Of a stretch of 64,000 bases of DNA, positions 44,042 to 53,211 are shown in pieces. Location: the IMG/VR virus record IMGVR_UViG_3300046513_000221, positions 1 to 64,000 of that record. One strand, given 5' to 3'. Every line of letters starts with the position of its first letter. Position 1 is the first letter of the stretch. The translations under genes and the position numbers were made by a program. Under the pieces are notes generated by a model. That model did not search any database, was not told the DNA's origin, and worked only from the letters and a program-made list of their open reading frames with translations.

Positions 44042-44695
44042 TTACTGGAGGTCGTTCTTCACGGTGGCCGGTTTCTTGGCGGTCACCGACATGTCGGCGG
44101 CGTCGTGCGCCGCTGCCGCTTGAGGACGCAGCTGCAGGGTCTTCTCTTTGCCGGTGCGGAAGGTCTCTTCGGTATGGTCATCCTTCACGATCTTGTATTT
44201 GTCCAGATCGATGTGCGGATAGCCGCCGAAGCTCAAGAAGAACGAACGTGGTGCGGTGTTCAGACCGACTTCGTATGCACGCTTGACATCGATCAGACGG
44301 GTCTGAGCGTTCTTGAACTCGTCGCGACCAGCTTCGATCATGTTCATCAGCTTGCGGTACAGTTCGGTGTCCAACGTAGGATTTTGTTCCTTGATGGACA
44401 GGAATGCGGCGCGGCTACCGTCCGGGCCGTAGCGACCGGAGATCGATGCCTTCACCAGCTCGGCCATGTCGTTCTTGGCCATTTCCGGGATCTGCGTGCT
44501 GGTCATGACCTTTTGCGAGTAGTTCGCCAGAACGTTCTGGTTGTCCTCGTAAGCTGCTTTGATCAGGGCTTCCTGACGGTTGGCCCAGTTGCTCGCGGAG
44601 AAGTACGCGATGACCAGTGCGACCAGTGCGGCGACGATCACGCCGACGATGGCCAAGGCGATGATGCCAGCGCTACCTTGTTGATTCTTTTTCAT
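44042..44695 (-). CDS. lemA: LemA-like membrane protein, 217 aa
   Basis: N-terminal TM, then helical domain with KEQNPTL...LYRKLMNMIEAGRDEF...YE. Confidence 0.6.
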   Translation of the reverse strand: MKKNQQGSAGIIALAIVGVIVAALVALVIAYFSASNWANRQEALIKAAYEDNQNVLANYSQKVMTSTQIPEMAKNDMAELVKASISGRYGPDGSRAAFLSIKEQNPTLDTELYRKLMNMIEAGRDEFKNAQTRLIDVKRAYEVGLNTAPRSFFLSFGGYPHIDLDKYKIVKDDHTEETFRTGKEKTLQLRPQAAAAHDAADMSVTAKKPATVKNDLQ

Positions 44696-44719
44696 TTGTG
44701 TTGCCTTTCTTTTCGGGGT

Positions 44720-45805
44720 TTAAAAACGACGGTACTTGTACGGCGATGCGTTCTTCTGAACGAAGATCGCAGCCGCGATGCAGGATACTACTGACAGGAA
44801 GAGCGTGATGAAGATAGCCCAGCCATCGACCTCAATGTCATCCTTGAGGTACTCGAAGTCCTTCATGCTCTTACGAACGAAGGTGGTGCGGGTGTGCTCC
44901 GTCATCTTCTCGATGATCTTCTCGCGGTCGATAGTGCCAACATCGAGGATCGCTTCCCGAAGATTTACCTTGAAGTCCTCGCGGTCTGTCCACGAGATCA
45001 CGCGCACCCAACTGATCTTCGGGTACTCCTCGGTTCCGATTACGATGATGACATCGTTCTTCTTGCCGCCGAGCCACTCGTGCTCGACCTTCGAGGCGTA
45101 TCCGGGATTACCGGTCTTCGCGACGACTACTACAAAGTTGACCTGCTTCGTGGCACCCAGCTTCCGCAGGGCCATCGAGATATCGACATTCCACTTCTGC
45201 AAGTCGGGCATTGCCAGACCTACCTGCATAACGCGGTCGATCTTGTAGTAGTCATAAATGCTCTTGGGATATGGAGGAACGGGCATCTCCATCTTTGTGT
45301 ATCCCTTGTTGTGGTACAGAGACTTCTCTGCACCCTTGATGTAGTTAATGAAGATGTGATCCTTCGACACCGGGTCGCCCTTGTTGATCACGGTCCAGCG
45401 GCGAGGCTCGTTCAGACCCTGACGGTCGATGCGGTCGATATCGAAATCACCGATAGTCGTCTTGGCTGTCCAGTCCACATCGTAGCGGTGTTCGTAGCAG
45501 GTCTGACAACTCTTGTGGGTCGTCGTGTTGCCATTGGAATCCTTGGATGTTGTGTAGGTGCAGTTGCATTCGTAGGAATGCGAGCAGCTAACCTCCTCGC
45601 GAACCTTACTGACGATCTCGCCATTCCAGATCTCTACATCGGCATTCTTGCTCATTACGGCCAGACCCCAGCCCATAACGACCACAATACAGCCGAGTGC
45701 GATGATCCCGAGTACCATGCCGATTGAGAGATCCTTCCCGAAGAAGACCTTGTAGATCAGGACGGCGACGATGGGAACCAACATCATGAGAAGCAGCGTT
45801 TCCAA
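44720..45805 (-). CDS. membrane protein with periplasmic Cys-rich segment and TPM (DUF477)-like domain, 361 aa
   Basis: Two N-terminal TMs; CSHSYECNC...CQTC; QVNFVVVV...YASKVEHEWLGGKKNDVIIVIG; C-terminal TM. TTG start after AAGGAG. Confidence 0.55.
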   Translation of the reverse strand: METLLLMMLVPIVAVLIYKVFFGKDLSIGMVLGIIALGCIVVVMGWGLAVMSKNADVEIWNGEIVSKVREEVSCSHSYECNCTYTTSKDSNGNTTTHKSCQTCYEHRYDVDWTAKTTIGDFDIDRIDRQGLNEPRRWTVINKGDPVSKDHIFINYIKGAEKSLYHNKGYTKMEMPVPPYPKSIYDYYKIDRVMQVGLAMPDLQKWNVDISMALRKLGATKQVNFVVVVAKTGNPGYASKVEHEWLGGKKNDVIIVIGTEEYPKISWVRVISWTDREDFKVNLREAILDVGTIDREKIIEKMTEHTRTTFVRKSMKDFEYLKDDIEVDGWAIFITLFLSVVSCIAAAIFVQKNASPYKYRRF

Positions 45806-45849
45806 TTTATTATTCTCCTTTGAGGGGCGACTCTCGCCGCCCCGTTTCA

Positions 45850-47535
45850 CTATGCCAGCAGCGCCTCCAGATCGACGATGACGTCGTTGACGTCAGGCAG
45901 ACCGAGGAGTTCCTTGCCGATTCGGATGATATCGTTCTCGGCGATGAGGCCGGGGATGATATCGTCGAGTTCCGGACGCTTGTCGCACATGATCTTGCCG
46001 ATCATGGTGTCCGCATCGATGTTACCTGCCAGAATGATCGATGGATACATGGACGATAAGTCCTCGTCCACAATATTCTCGAAGATGCGATTGGAGCGCT
46101 TGCCATCCTTGCTGATGACGATGCCGACGGCGTCCATCATCTCAGGCAGAGCCACGAATGCACCCTTGAACTTCTTCTTCTCTTCCTCTTCCTTCAGACG
46201 GTTGTGGTTGTTGGACAGGAGGAAACCCTCCTTCTCCAGAACCATCGCCGCGAAGTTACGGATCGAGGTGGTCTTGGTCATGACCTTGTTGAAGCGGGTC
46301 GCGGTCATCAGGCCCATGTTGTACAGCAGGTCGATGTCGTTGTTCTGCTCTTCGAGCTGATACAGACGGAACGAGTCATACATCGAGTACTTGAGGAAGC
46401 TCTCGTAGTTGATGTACATCGCGTCCGTGATCTCGCCCTCGTACTCATACTTACCTTCGATCCCCTCGTCGATCAGGATCGCATCCAGAGCGTACGATTC
46501 GCGCTTGCCCATCGTCGCCCGGATCTTGGCGAACTGCTCCTGCATCTCGACGAACTGCGAGTAACCTGCAACCTCCAGCTTGGTGTTCCGCTTGGTGAAG
46601 TCGGTTGCGAAGGAATCGTTCTCGATCCATGTGGACTTGTACGGCAGCTCCTTTGGACACATCACCTCTTCAGGCTTTAGCTTCAGTCGGAGCATACGGT
46701 TCTTCATGGTTACCAAGTCGAACCCGGCGTTCCAAGCACCCATGAAGTCGGGTTTGTCACGCTTCACGATCTTGAAGAAGTCCTTCAGCAGCTCCGCCTC
46801 ATCGTCGTAGATGTGTACCTCGATCGCACGCACCTTGGCGTAATCGATCTTGGAGTTTGGATCCTTCTCGTTCATCTCGTCGATGACCTGAGAGATCCAC
46901 TCATCGCCGTATTCTGCGAATGCTTCAAGGAAGTCCATCTGAGATTGGTTGTTCTCGTTCTTCAGGATGAACGAGTGGATGGTCATCGTCGGCTGGTGGA
47001 TGTACGAGATCATCGACACCGGACATGGAGCCAGCTCTGGTTCAGGAAACTCCCTGTACTCCGACACATCGACCTCAATATCGTAGAACGCCTTGGTGAT
47101 CGGCAGGACTGCGATCTGGTGACGGTTGCGGTCGAGCCACTCACGCGTCTTGTAGTCTGCCAGATCCATGTCCGTCAGGTGCAGGTTGTTGTCCTTGTGG
47201 AGGTTACGGAGTTCCTTCCACTTACCGTTGTTCTTACAAGCCTTGTAGAAGTCCATCTGGTCGGAGGCCTTAGCCATCTCATACTGCAGATTGTCGAACT
47301 TCACGGTTATCGGCTCGACCTTGTCGAACTCGATGTAATTCGCTGCCTTCTTCAGCCTGAACTCGTCCTTGGTAATGTAGAACGTGTAGGACGGATCCTC
47401 CTCGATCTCGAATTGCTTCTTGATCGTACCATCCGGTTGAAGTACGCTCTCCACATAGATGATCTTGGAGTGCTGGCGATTGTTGTCGTCACGATCGCGA
47501 ACGTGCAAGACGTTCGATAGCTGTTTTCCGCTCAT
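45850..47535 (-). CDS. polB: family B DNA polymerase, N-terminal subunit (3'-5' exonuclease plus palm motif A), 561 aa
   Basis: ExoI FYDIEVD, ExoII WNAGFD, ExoIII YSMYD, motif A DEDLSSMYPS. Lacks motifs B and C. Confidence 0.9.
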   Translation of the reverse strand: MSGKQLSNVLHVRDRDDNNRQHSKIIYVESVLQPDGTIKKQFEIEEDPSYTFYITKDEFRLKKAANYIEFDKVEPITVKFDNLQYEMAKASDQMDFYKACKNNGKWKELRNLHKDNNLHLTDMDLADYKTREWLDRNRHQIAVLPITKAFYDIEVDVSEYREFPEPELAPCPVSMISYIHQPTMTIHSFILKNENNQSQMDFLEAFAEYGDEWISQVIDEMNEKDPNSKIDYAKVRAIEVHIYDDEAELLKDFFKIVKRDKPDFMGAWNAGFDLVTMKNRMLRLKLKPEEVMCPKELPYKSTWIENDSFATDFTKRNTKLEVAGYSQFVEMQEQFAKIRATMGKRESYALDAILIDEGIEGKYEYEGEITDAMYINYESFLKYSMYDSFRLYQLEEQNNDIDLLYNMGLMTATRFNKVMTKTTSIRNFAAMVLEKEGFLLSNNHNRLKEEEEKKKFKGAFVALPEMMDAVGIVISKDGKRSNRIFENIVDEDLSSMYPSIILAGNIDADTMIGKIMCDKRPELDDIIPGLIAENDIIRIGKELLGLPDVNDVIVDLEALLA

Positions 47536-47717
47536 TGGTTTCCTATAAGTACATTTTAATCATTACTCTTATCACTAAAAACATGTACCGCTTCCGGAGC
47601 GGTCCCGTTTTTTTATTTATTATTTATAATTATTTAAATTCGCGACACGTACGCGCGCGCGAGAAAGTCATTCGAGCTCCACCAGCTGACCGGAAGTCCA
47701 CTGAAAATGTGATGCTT

Positions 47718-47729
47718 AACAACCCAATA
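47718..47729 (+). promoter_or_regulatory. putative late promoter AACA-N6-TA
   Basis: AACAacccaaTA upstream of 47777. Confidence 0.7.
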
Positions 47730-47735
47730 ATATAT
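47727..47735 (-). promoter_or_regulatory. putative early promoter ATATATTAT for the PolB N-subunit
   Basis: Motif copy overlapping the late promoter on the other strand. Confidence 0.6.
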
Positions 47736-47776
47736 ACTCGAAACACCGGTAAGAAAACGGTGCATCTGGAGCAATC

Positions 47777-48625
47777 ATGGCAGAAACAGGAAATCAAGTC
47801 GCCACCACAGGTCAGTCCTTCAGTAATACTGAGCTGACCCTGCGCGACATCATAGCACAGAATACATTCTCGGACAACGAGGCGATGTTGAAGCAGGAGC
47901 TGACAGAGGCCAATGAGCTCTTCACTCTTGTCAAGGGACTGCTGATGGACGAGGTAGGCGAGATCGCCAAACCGGCCACCCCTCAGCGCATGGGTACGGT
48001 GCAGCAGACCAAGCGTCGCAACATGATGTTCATCTCAAGTCAGACGACGAACCTGATCAGCATCAAGAACCTTAAGATGTCGCTGATCACGAAGCTCAGC
48101 GGCCTCCAGCAGGACCAGCTGGATCGTAACATCAGGGCGCTCTCCCAGATCGCCAAAGAGAACAAGATCGAGGATTCCGAGAGCAACCCAACGGCGGTTC
48201 TGGACTTCATCCTCAACAACCTCAACATCACGATCCCAATCGCCCCGGCTCTCCGGGCGCAGATGGGACTGCGGCCAGCCCACGACATCTCCGCCGAAGT
48301 CGATCTGGACTCGATCATCGATGCCGAGGAGGCAAGGGAGAACGAGTTCAAGCAGGAAAAGACCTCGTTCACCGCACCGCCTCCGAAGAAGCTGGTGAAG
48401 CCGAAGGTGGAACCCAAGGTCGAGGAACCGCTCTACAAACTGGCGTACGACGACGCTGGGAACACCCTCGTCTACAACGTGGAAGAGGACAAGATGGTCG
48501 TGGTCGATGGTGGCTACGAGATCATCAAGGAGCTGCAGTCTGACGAATACGAGGTTGACGTCCTCCCGGACGGCTCGTACTACGACAAGCACACCAACAC
48601 ACTAATCGAACTCATAGGAGAATAA
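47777..48625 (+). CDS. late hypothetical protein with helical N-terminal domain, 282 aa
   Basis: First gene of the late operon. Weak resemblance to small-terminase-like helical proteins was not confirmed. Confidence 0.7.
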   Translation: MAETGNQVATTGQSFSNTELTLRDIIAQNTFSDNEAMLKQELTEANELFTLVKGLLMDEVGEIAKPATPQRMGTVQQTKRRNMMFISSQTTNLISIKNLKMSLITKLSGLQQDQLDRNIRALSQIAKENKIEDSESNPTAVLDFILNNLNITIPIAPALRAQMGLRPAHDISAEVDLDSIIDAEEARENEFKQEKTSFTAPPPKKLVKPKVEPKVEEPLYKLAYDDAGNTLVYNVEEDKMVVVDGGYEIIKELQSDEYEVDVLPDGSYYDKHTNTLIELIGE

Positions 48626-48627
48626 CG

Positions 48628-49176
48628 ATGGCTACCGATTACTTCATGCCGAACTACAACCAGCTGCTCAAGGACGAGGGAGAGTTCAGCAACAACAAGA
48701 ACGATTCCGGCGGCGCTACCCGCTGGGGTGTCACCGAGAAGGTGGCACGCGCCCACGGCTACACTGGCCGCATGGAAGACCTCCCGCTGGAGACAGCGAA
48801 GGTCATCTACAAGGAACAGTACTGGGACATCAACAAGCTGGACGACATCGCCGCCCTCTCCCCGGAGATCGCGTCGAAGATCTTCAATGCCGGTGTAAAC
48901 TGCGGTGTGACGCGCCCAATCAAGTGGCTGCAACGCGCTCTGAACGTCCTGAACGGACGCGGCGAATTCTTTTCCGACATCTCCGCTGACGGCGTGTCCG
49001 GCAAGATGACCGTGTTCGCACTGTCCAGCTTCCTCAAGAAGCGCGGCACTATGGGCGTAACCGTCCTGATGCGTCTGCTGAATGACCAGCAAGGCGTCTA
49101 CTACGTCGAGTGCGCAGAGGGTAACGACAAGAACGAGGACTTCGTCTTCGGCTGGGTCGCTAACCGCGTCGCGTAA
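48628..49176 (+). CDS. endolysin, glycoside hydrolase family 108 with peptidoglycan-binding domain, 182 aa
   Basis: DEGEFSNNKNDSGGATRWGVT, IYKEQYW, FNAGVNCG, WLQRALN and FVFGW..NRV. Confidence 0.9.
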   Translation: MATDYFMPNYNQLLKDEGEFSNNKNDSGGATRWGVTEKVARAHGYTGRMEDLPLETAKVIYKEQYWDINKLDDIAALSPEIASKIFNAGVNCGVTRPIKWLQRALNVLNGRGEFFSDISADGVSGKMTVFALSSFLKKRGTMGVTVLMRLLNDQQGVYYVECAEGNDKNEDFVFGWVANRVA

Positions 49177-49186
49177 GGGATAGGAC

Positions 49187-49840
49187 ATGGCACTTTTCCT
49201 GAATGAAAGCACTCTCCTTCAGTACAAACTGATGGACGAGAAGCTGCTCTCCGAGGCCGTTACCGACCCGGAAGCCGGGGCTGATCCGAAGGATTCCAAG
49301 GATCCTAAAGAGAGCTCCGATGACAAGACCGCGACCGATGTGTCTGCCGATGCGAAGGACGCCGCTGCGGTCCCTACCGACTCTGGCGATGATGCACCAC
49401 CAGCCGGTGATCCACCTGCGGATGATTCCGATAGTGGTGATGACGAAGATGACGGCGGTGACGATCCTGCCACCCCACCCTCCTCCTTCCAGACCCGGAA
49501 AACGATCGGTGGCGTGGAAGTGGAAGACACTGCCCTCAACCGTCGCTACCTCTTCAACCAGTTCCAAGAGATCATTAAGATCCACGAGAACTTGCTGGAG
49601 TTCGTCACCAACATGACGGTGAAATTCCCAAATGACAAAAAGCGACTCCAGCTGCTCGGACAGATCAAAGAGAAATCCGAGTTCGATCTGCGCATGCTTA
49701 ACAACGCTCTAGACGATCAGATCTTTGTCGGCATGGACATCACCTCGCTGTTCGCGCTGTACAAGATCTACTTTAACGACGCCTCAAGCGCCCTTAGAGT
49801 GATCAAACTTGTTCTTAACTACCAACCGATAAAATCGTAG
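49187..49840 (+). CDS. acidic prohead core/scaffold candidate, 217 aa
   Basis: Immediately upstream of the capsid gene; Asp-rich low-complexity region; N-terminal L-x-E sites. Confidence 0.45.
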   Translation: MALFLNESTLLQYKLMDEKLLSEAVTDPEAGADPKDSKDPKESSDDKTATDVSADAKDAAAVPTDSGDDAPPAGDPPADDSDSGDDEDDGGDDPATPPSSFQTRKTIGGVEVEDTALNRRYLFNQFQEIIKIHENLLEFVTNMTVKFPNDKKRLQLLGQIKEKSEFDLRMLNNALDDQIFVGMDITSLFALYKIYFNDASSALRVIKLVLNYQPIKS

Positions 49841-49892
49841 GTTCTTCGGCGGCGGTCTCCAAAAAATGCTACCGCCGAACTAAATTGACCCT

Positions 49893-49904
49893 AACATTCA
49901 GATA
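49893..49904 (+). promoter_or_regulatory. putative late promoter AACA-N6-TA
   Basis: AACAttcagaTA upstream of the capsid gene. Confidence 0.75.
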
Positions 49905-49979
49905 GAATGCAGCCTTCAGAGGGCTGTGTAAGTTGATTTAGGATAACCTAAACCTCTTTTACTTTTAAGGAAGAATCAC

Positions 49980-51563
49980 ATGTCTATCAGCTACGATACC
50001 GTCCACCAAAGCACCGTGGGCAGCAAAGTCTCCGCCATTCTGGAAAAACTGCCAGCGATCAACGAATCGTTCGCAGCAGAAGGCCTGAACGTCCTGAACG
50101 AAGGTTTCTCGGAAGTTGCTGCTAACAAGCACTACTACGAAGACTACGTCACCAAGCTGAGCGAAGGTCTGGACCCGGTAGCTGCCGCCCAGTTCCAATC
50201 GCTGGCCGACACCACCCGTACCCAGATCCTGCAAGAAAGCTCGATCTCGGGCATCAACCCGATCACCGCACTGGCGCTGCCGATGCTGCGCGTGGCATGG
50301 CCAAAAACCTCGATCCGCGAAGGCTTCCCGACCGAACCGGTCATGCAGCCGAAGTTCAAGGTGACCTGGCTGAAGCCGTACTTCATCGACGCTTCGACCA
50401 ACGAAAAGATCTTCATGCCTGCTGGCATCAGCAAGCGTAAAGACCTGTTCAAGCTGAAAATGCTGCAGGAAACCCCAATTCTGGTCGGCGCTGCCGGTCT
50501 GAACGGCTACGACCTGCTGACCCCTGTCGGCGCGAACGCATCGCTGGGCGACGAAATCGATCCGAACTTCTCGATCAGCGGCGTGACCTTCAAGGCACTG
50601 GACGCAACCGGCGCTAACCCGGTCAACGTCACCGTGGACGTCGAGTTCGAACTGGACACCAACATCGACGTGATCGAAGGCACCGCCTCCGGCAAGCACA
50701 CCGATGGTACCGACAACAAAGTTCGCGTGTTCGCGAAACTGAACCGTCGTGACGGCCAGATGGACGTCGTCGGTCTGGGCCGCGAAGTCGTCAGCGTAAC
50801 CGTCAAGGGCTACCTGTCGTCCGAAGCCAACAACCGCGCTACCCAAGTCGGTTTCGACGTTACGTCGGACGAGACCGTCATCGGTACCGGCCAACCGATC
50901 GAATCGCCGATCAACATCCAGCAGATGACCGACACGATGGCGATGTACAACATCGACTCGACCGTCAAGACGCTGGAAATCATGTCCACCGCGCTGGCAC
51001 AATCGACCGATCTGGAAGGCATCGACTTCCTGGAGCGTCGCTTCATGCTGGGCCTGAAACTGCAGACCGAGTTCGACGTGAACCCACCTGCCAACTTCCA
51101 GCTGGGCAACACCGCATGGCGCGAAGAGATCAAGATCAAGATCGACAATCTCGTGACCCGTCTGATGCAGTCCACCAACATCACCGCTGGCTCGGTCGTG
51201 ATCTTCGGCAACCCGCTGGACACGCAGATCCTGTCGAACGTGAAGTGGATGTACTCCGGCGAAGACCAGCCTAACGGCGTCAACATCGAGTACCGCGTCG
51301 GTAACTACACCTCCGGCGTGACGAACTACAAGGTTCTGTCGTCGTTCAACTTCGGTCAAGGCGAGCTGTACGTCGCGTTCCTGCCATCCACCCCGGATCA
51401 GGCGACGCTGAAGTACTACCCGTACTCGTTCAACGTTGTGCGCGGCACCGCCTCGCCTAACCGCACGTTCAACCCTGCTGTTCAGATGATCAAACGCCAC
51501 GTCTTCAAGGAGTACTCCTCGATGGTCGGCAAGATCAAGATCAAGAACAACAACGGCCTGTAA
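49980..51563 (+). CDS. major capsid protein precursor, 527 aa
   Basis: Extreme codon bias, own late promoter and terminator, N-terminal propeptide ending ILQE|SS, and HK97-type segments (ALPMLRVAWP, QMTDTMAMYNID, GNPLD). Confidence 0.8.
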   Translation: MSISYDTVHQSTVGSKVSAILEKLPAINESFAAEGLNVLNEGFSEVAANKHYYEDYVTKLSEGLDPVAAAQFQSLADTTRTQILQESSISGINPITALALPMLRVAWPKTSIREGFPTEPVMQPKFKVTWLKPYFIDASTNEKIFMPAGISKRKDLFKLKMLQETPILVGAAGLNGYDLLTPVGANASLGDEIDPNFSISGVTFKALDATGANPVNVTVDVEFELDTNIDVIEGTASGKHTDGTDNKVRVFAKLNRRDGQMDVVGLGREVVSVTVKGYLSSEANNRATQVGFDVTSDETVIGTGQPIESPINIQQMTDTMAMYNIDSTVKTLEIMSTALAQSTDLEGIDFLERRFMLGLKLQTEFDVNPPANFQLGNTAWREEIKIKIDNLVTRLMQSTNITAGSVVIFGNPLDTQILSNVKWMYSGEDQPNGVNIEYRVGNYTSGVTNYKVLSSFNFGQGELYVAFLPSTPDQATLKYYPYSFNVVRGTASPNRTFNPAVQMIKRHVFKEYSSMVGKIKIKNNNGL

Positions 51564-51579
51564 CCTGCGTTGATAAACT

Positions 51580-51612
51580 CCCGCTACCTCAAAAGGGTAG
51601 CGGGGTTTTTCT
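51580..51612 (+). terminator. intrinsic terminator
   Basis: CCCGCTACC-loop-GGTAGCGGG followed by a T tract. Confidence 0.8.
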
Positions 51613-51664
51613 TTGCCTCGTCTCGAATCGGCTAACTAAGTATTAGTGGTAACGACTAGGAGGC

Positions 51665-52555
51665 ATGACCATGAACCACCCAAGCAATTTTACTCAAGAG
51701 CTGCACGCATATGCCGAACAGGCAGGTTGCGGTCTCACCACGCTGAGTTCCGATGTGATCGATGGCTACGTCATCGACATCGCCGACCCGGCCAGCCGCG
51801 TGGCTATCAACCTCGTACCCCTGAACGGGATCGAGAGTCCAGACAACAGGTTGCTCGAAATGTCCATGAAGGCACATGAGAACAACTTCACACTCTATCA
51901 CGTCTTCGAATCGGACTGGATGCATCGTCGCTCAGTCCTGATGAAGAAGATCGACTCCCTTCTCGGGATTGGCAGCGAAGAGAAAACGATCTACCGCTCG
52001 AAAAAGTGTGAGATCCGGCGCATCGATGAGAAGACCTTCCGGGAATTCTTCCGCACCAATTCGGTCGCGGTAACATCGAAAGCCGATAAGTACTTCGGAA
52101 TGTATCCGATCGACAAGCAAGACACAACACTGGTCGCGGCGATCGCCGTTAAGAACCTGAAGAAGGATCCGAACGGCTCCATCATCACGTCCTATGTGAC
52201 CAACCTCGACCACAAGGTCGTTGGTGCTTTTGGCAAGTTCGTGGGATACCTGAAGGGCGGCAAGAACTACTGTCTGTACCACGCGGATCTCCGCTGGTTG
52301 GACCTGCGTTCGACCTTCCTCAACAAGGCTTCCATGAAGTTCGTCAAGGTGTCGGAGCCACTGCGCTTCGCCTACACCCAGAGCATCAAGAAGCTCCACC
52401 TGCTGAACGGGATGACCCGCGAGAGTCTTTCGTCCCGCGTATCCTTGTCGAAGCCGTACGATACACGGCTCTCGATTGAGGATAATCTGGCAGCGAATGA
52501 CTTCAGCTTCATCCGCGATGCTGGCTGTATGATCTTCTCCTCGAAGAAGAACTGA
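51665..52555 (+). CDS. Hef-like homing endonuclease homolog, apparently degenerate, 296 aa
   Basis: HVFESDW...KKCEIRRIDEK...F..N...HKVVGAFGKF...YHADLRW pattern. The nuclease motif reads DIADP..VAINL. Confidence 0.5.
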   Translation: MTMNHPSNFTQELHAYAEQAGCGLTTLSSDVIDGYVIDIADPASRVAINLVPLNGIESPDNRLLEMSMKAHENNFTLYHVFESDWMHRRSVLMKKIDSLLGIGSEEKTIYRSKKCEIRRIDEKTFREFFRTNSVAVTSKADKYFGMYPIDKQDTTLVAAIAVKNLKKDPNGSIITSYVTNLDHKVVGAFGKFVGYLKGGKNYCLYHADLRWLDLRSTFLNKASMKFVKVSEPLRFAYTQSIKKLHLLNGMTRESLSSRVSLSKPYDTRLSIEDNLAANDFSFIRDAGCMIFSSKKN

Positions 52556-52593
52556 AAAACCCGCTAGACCCCGAGAGGTCTAGCGGTTTTCAT
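52555..52593. terminator. bidirectional terminator
   Basis: CCGCTAGACC-ccgaga-GGTCTAGCGG flanked by A and T tracts. Confidence 0.8.
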
Positions 52594-52594
52594 T

Positions 52595-52999
52595 TTACTT
52601 CTTGGCCATCGGCTGCGGTACCGCACCCTGCATGAACTGGCGTGCGCGAGCAACGGCCTTCGAGCCGTACTTGCGATGGATCAGTTCGCGCAGCTGCAGA
52701 CGGATGCCGTTGTACTTGGCGTACTTGGCATACAGGGCGTCGCCCTTGGCTTTCGCCAGCAGCAGAGCCTGACGGTGGGCCAGGTTGTTGGTCTTGGCTT
52801 GACGGTTCAGGTGGACGATGATGTTCTGCTCGGACAGAGCTTTGATCACGACTTCCTCGTCCAGTGCTTGGAAAGCACCGGCCATCTTGCGCATCGCCAG
52901 CTCTTCGTCCAGCGGCAGTTCCACTTCAGGGGCAGCGCCCGGAGCGCCGGTTTGGACTGCGGTCTCAGCCAGCAGGTCTTGCAACAGTTTCGTCGACAT
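52595..52999 (-). CDS. late, probably virion, hypothetical protein, 134 aa
   Basis: Late promoter; N-terminal LLAE|T site; basic helical C-terminus. Confidence 0.65.
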   Translation of the reverse strand: MSTKLLQDLLAETAVQTGAPGAAPEVELPLDEELAMRKMAGAFQALDEEVVIKALSEQNIIVHLNRQAKTNNLAHRQALLLAKAKGDALYAKYAKYNGIRLQLRELIHRKYGSKAVARARQFMQGAVPQPMAKK

Positions 53000-53088
53000 A
53001 TGTGACTCCATAAGTTGGGGTGTTAAGCGTCACCGTCCCACGTCTGGGAGACGTAAATCCCTTCAGATGAAATGAGACAGTTACTTTC

Positions 53089-53100
53089 TAATTAGATGTT
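53089..53100 (-). promoter_or_regulatory. putative late promoter AACA-N6-TA
   Basis: AACAtctaatTA. Confidence 0.7.
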
Positions 53101-53147
53101 AGGCTTGCGAAAAAATAAAATAGCCAATCACAAGAACGGATACGTGT

Positions 53148-53156
53148 ATATATAAT
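53148..53156 (+). promoter_or_regulatory. putative early promoter ATATATAAT for the PolB C-subunit
   Basis: Motif copy on the plus strand. Confidence 0.6.
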
Positions 53157-53211
53157 ATGGATGTATGAGTTAGAAGCATCCTCGAATGAATTTTGAAAGG
53201 AAGGTTAGTGT

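Larger units (their letters stand above)
47540..47776. other. AT-rich divergent intergenic region at the early/late strand switch (origin candidate)
   Basis: About 33-nt pure A/T run next to CG-repeat palindromes and the ACCGCT/AGCGGT hairpin; back-to-back promoters. Confidence 0.35.

Noticed and set aside
44660-44695. Prepilin-like start (KKNQQG-SAGII) of the LemA-like protein
   Set aside because: It lacks F+1 and E+5, so it is treated as an ordinary membrane anchor.
889-47520. Many long plus-strand ORFs opposite the early genes (e.g. 889..2652, 14340..15584, 18220..19791, 29374..30747, 35431..36885)
   Set aside because: They are antisense shadows of strongly C/G-third-position-biased genes, with no RBS or motifs and typical L/V/D/H/R-rich nonsense composition.
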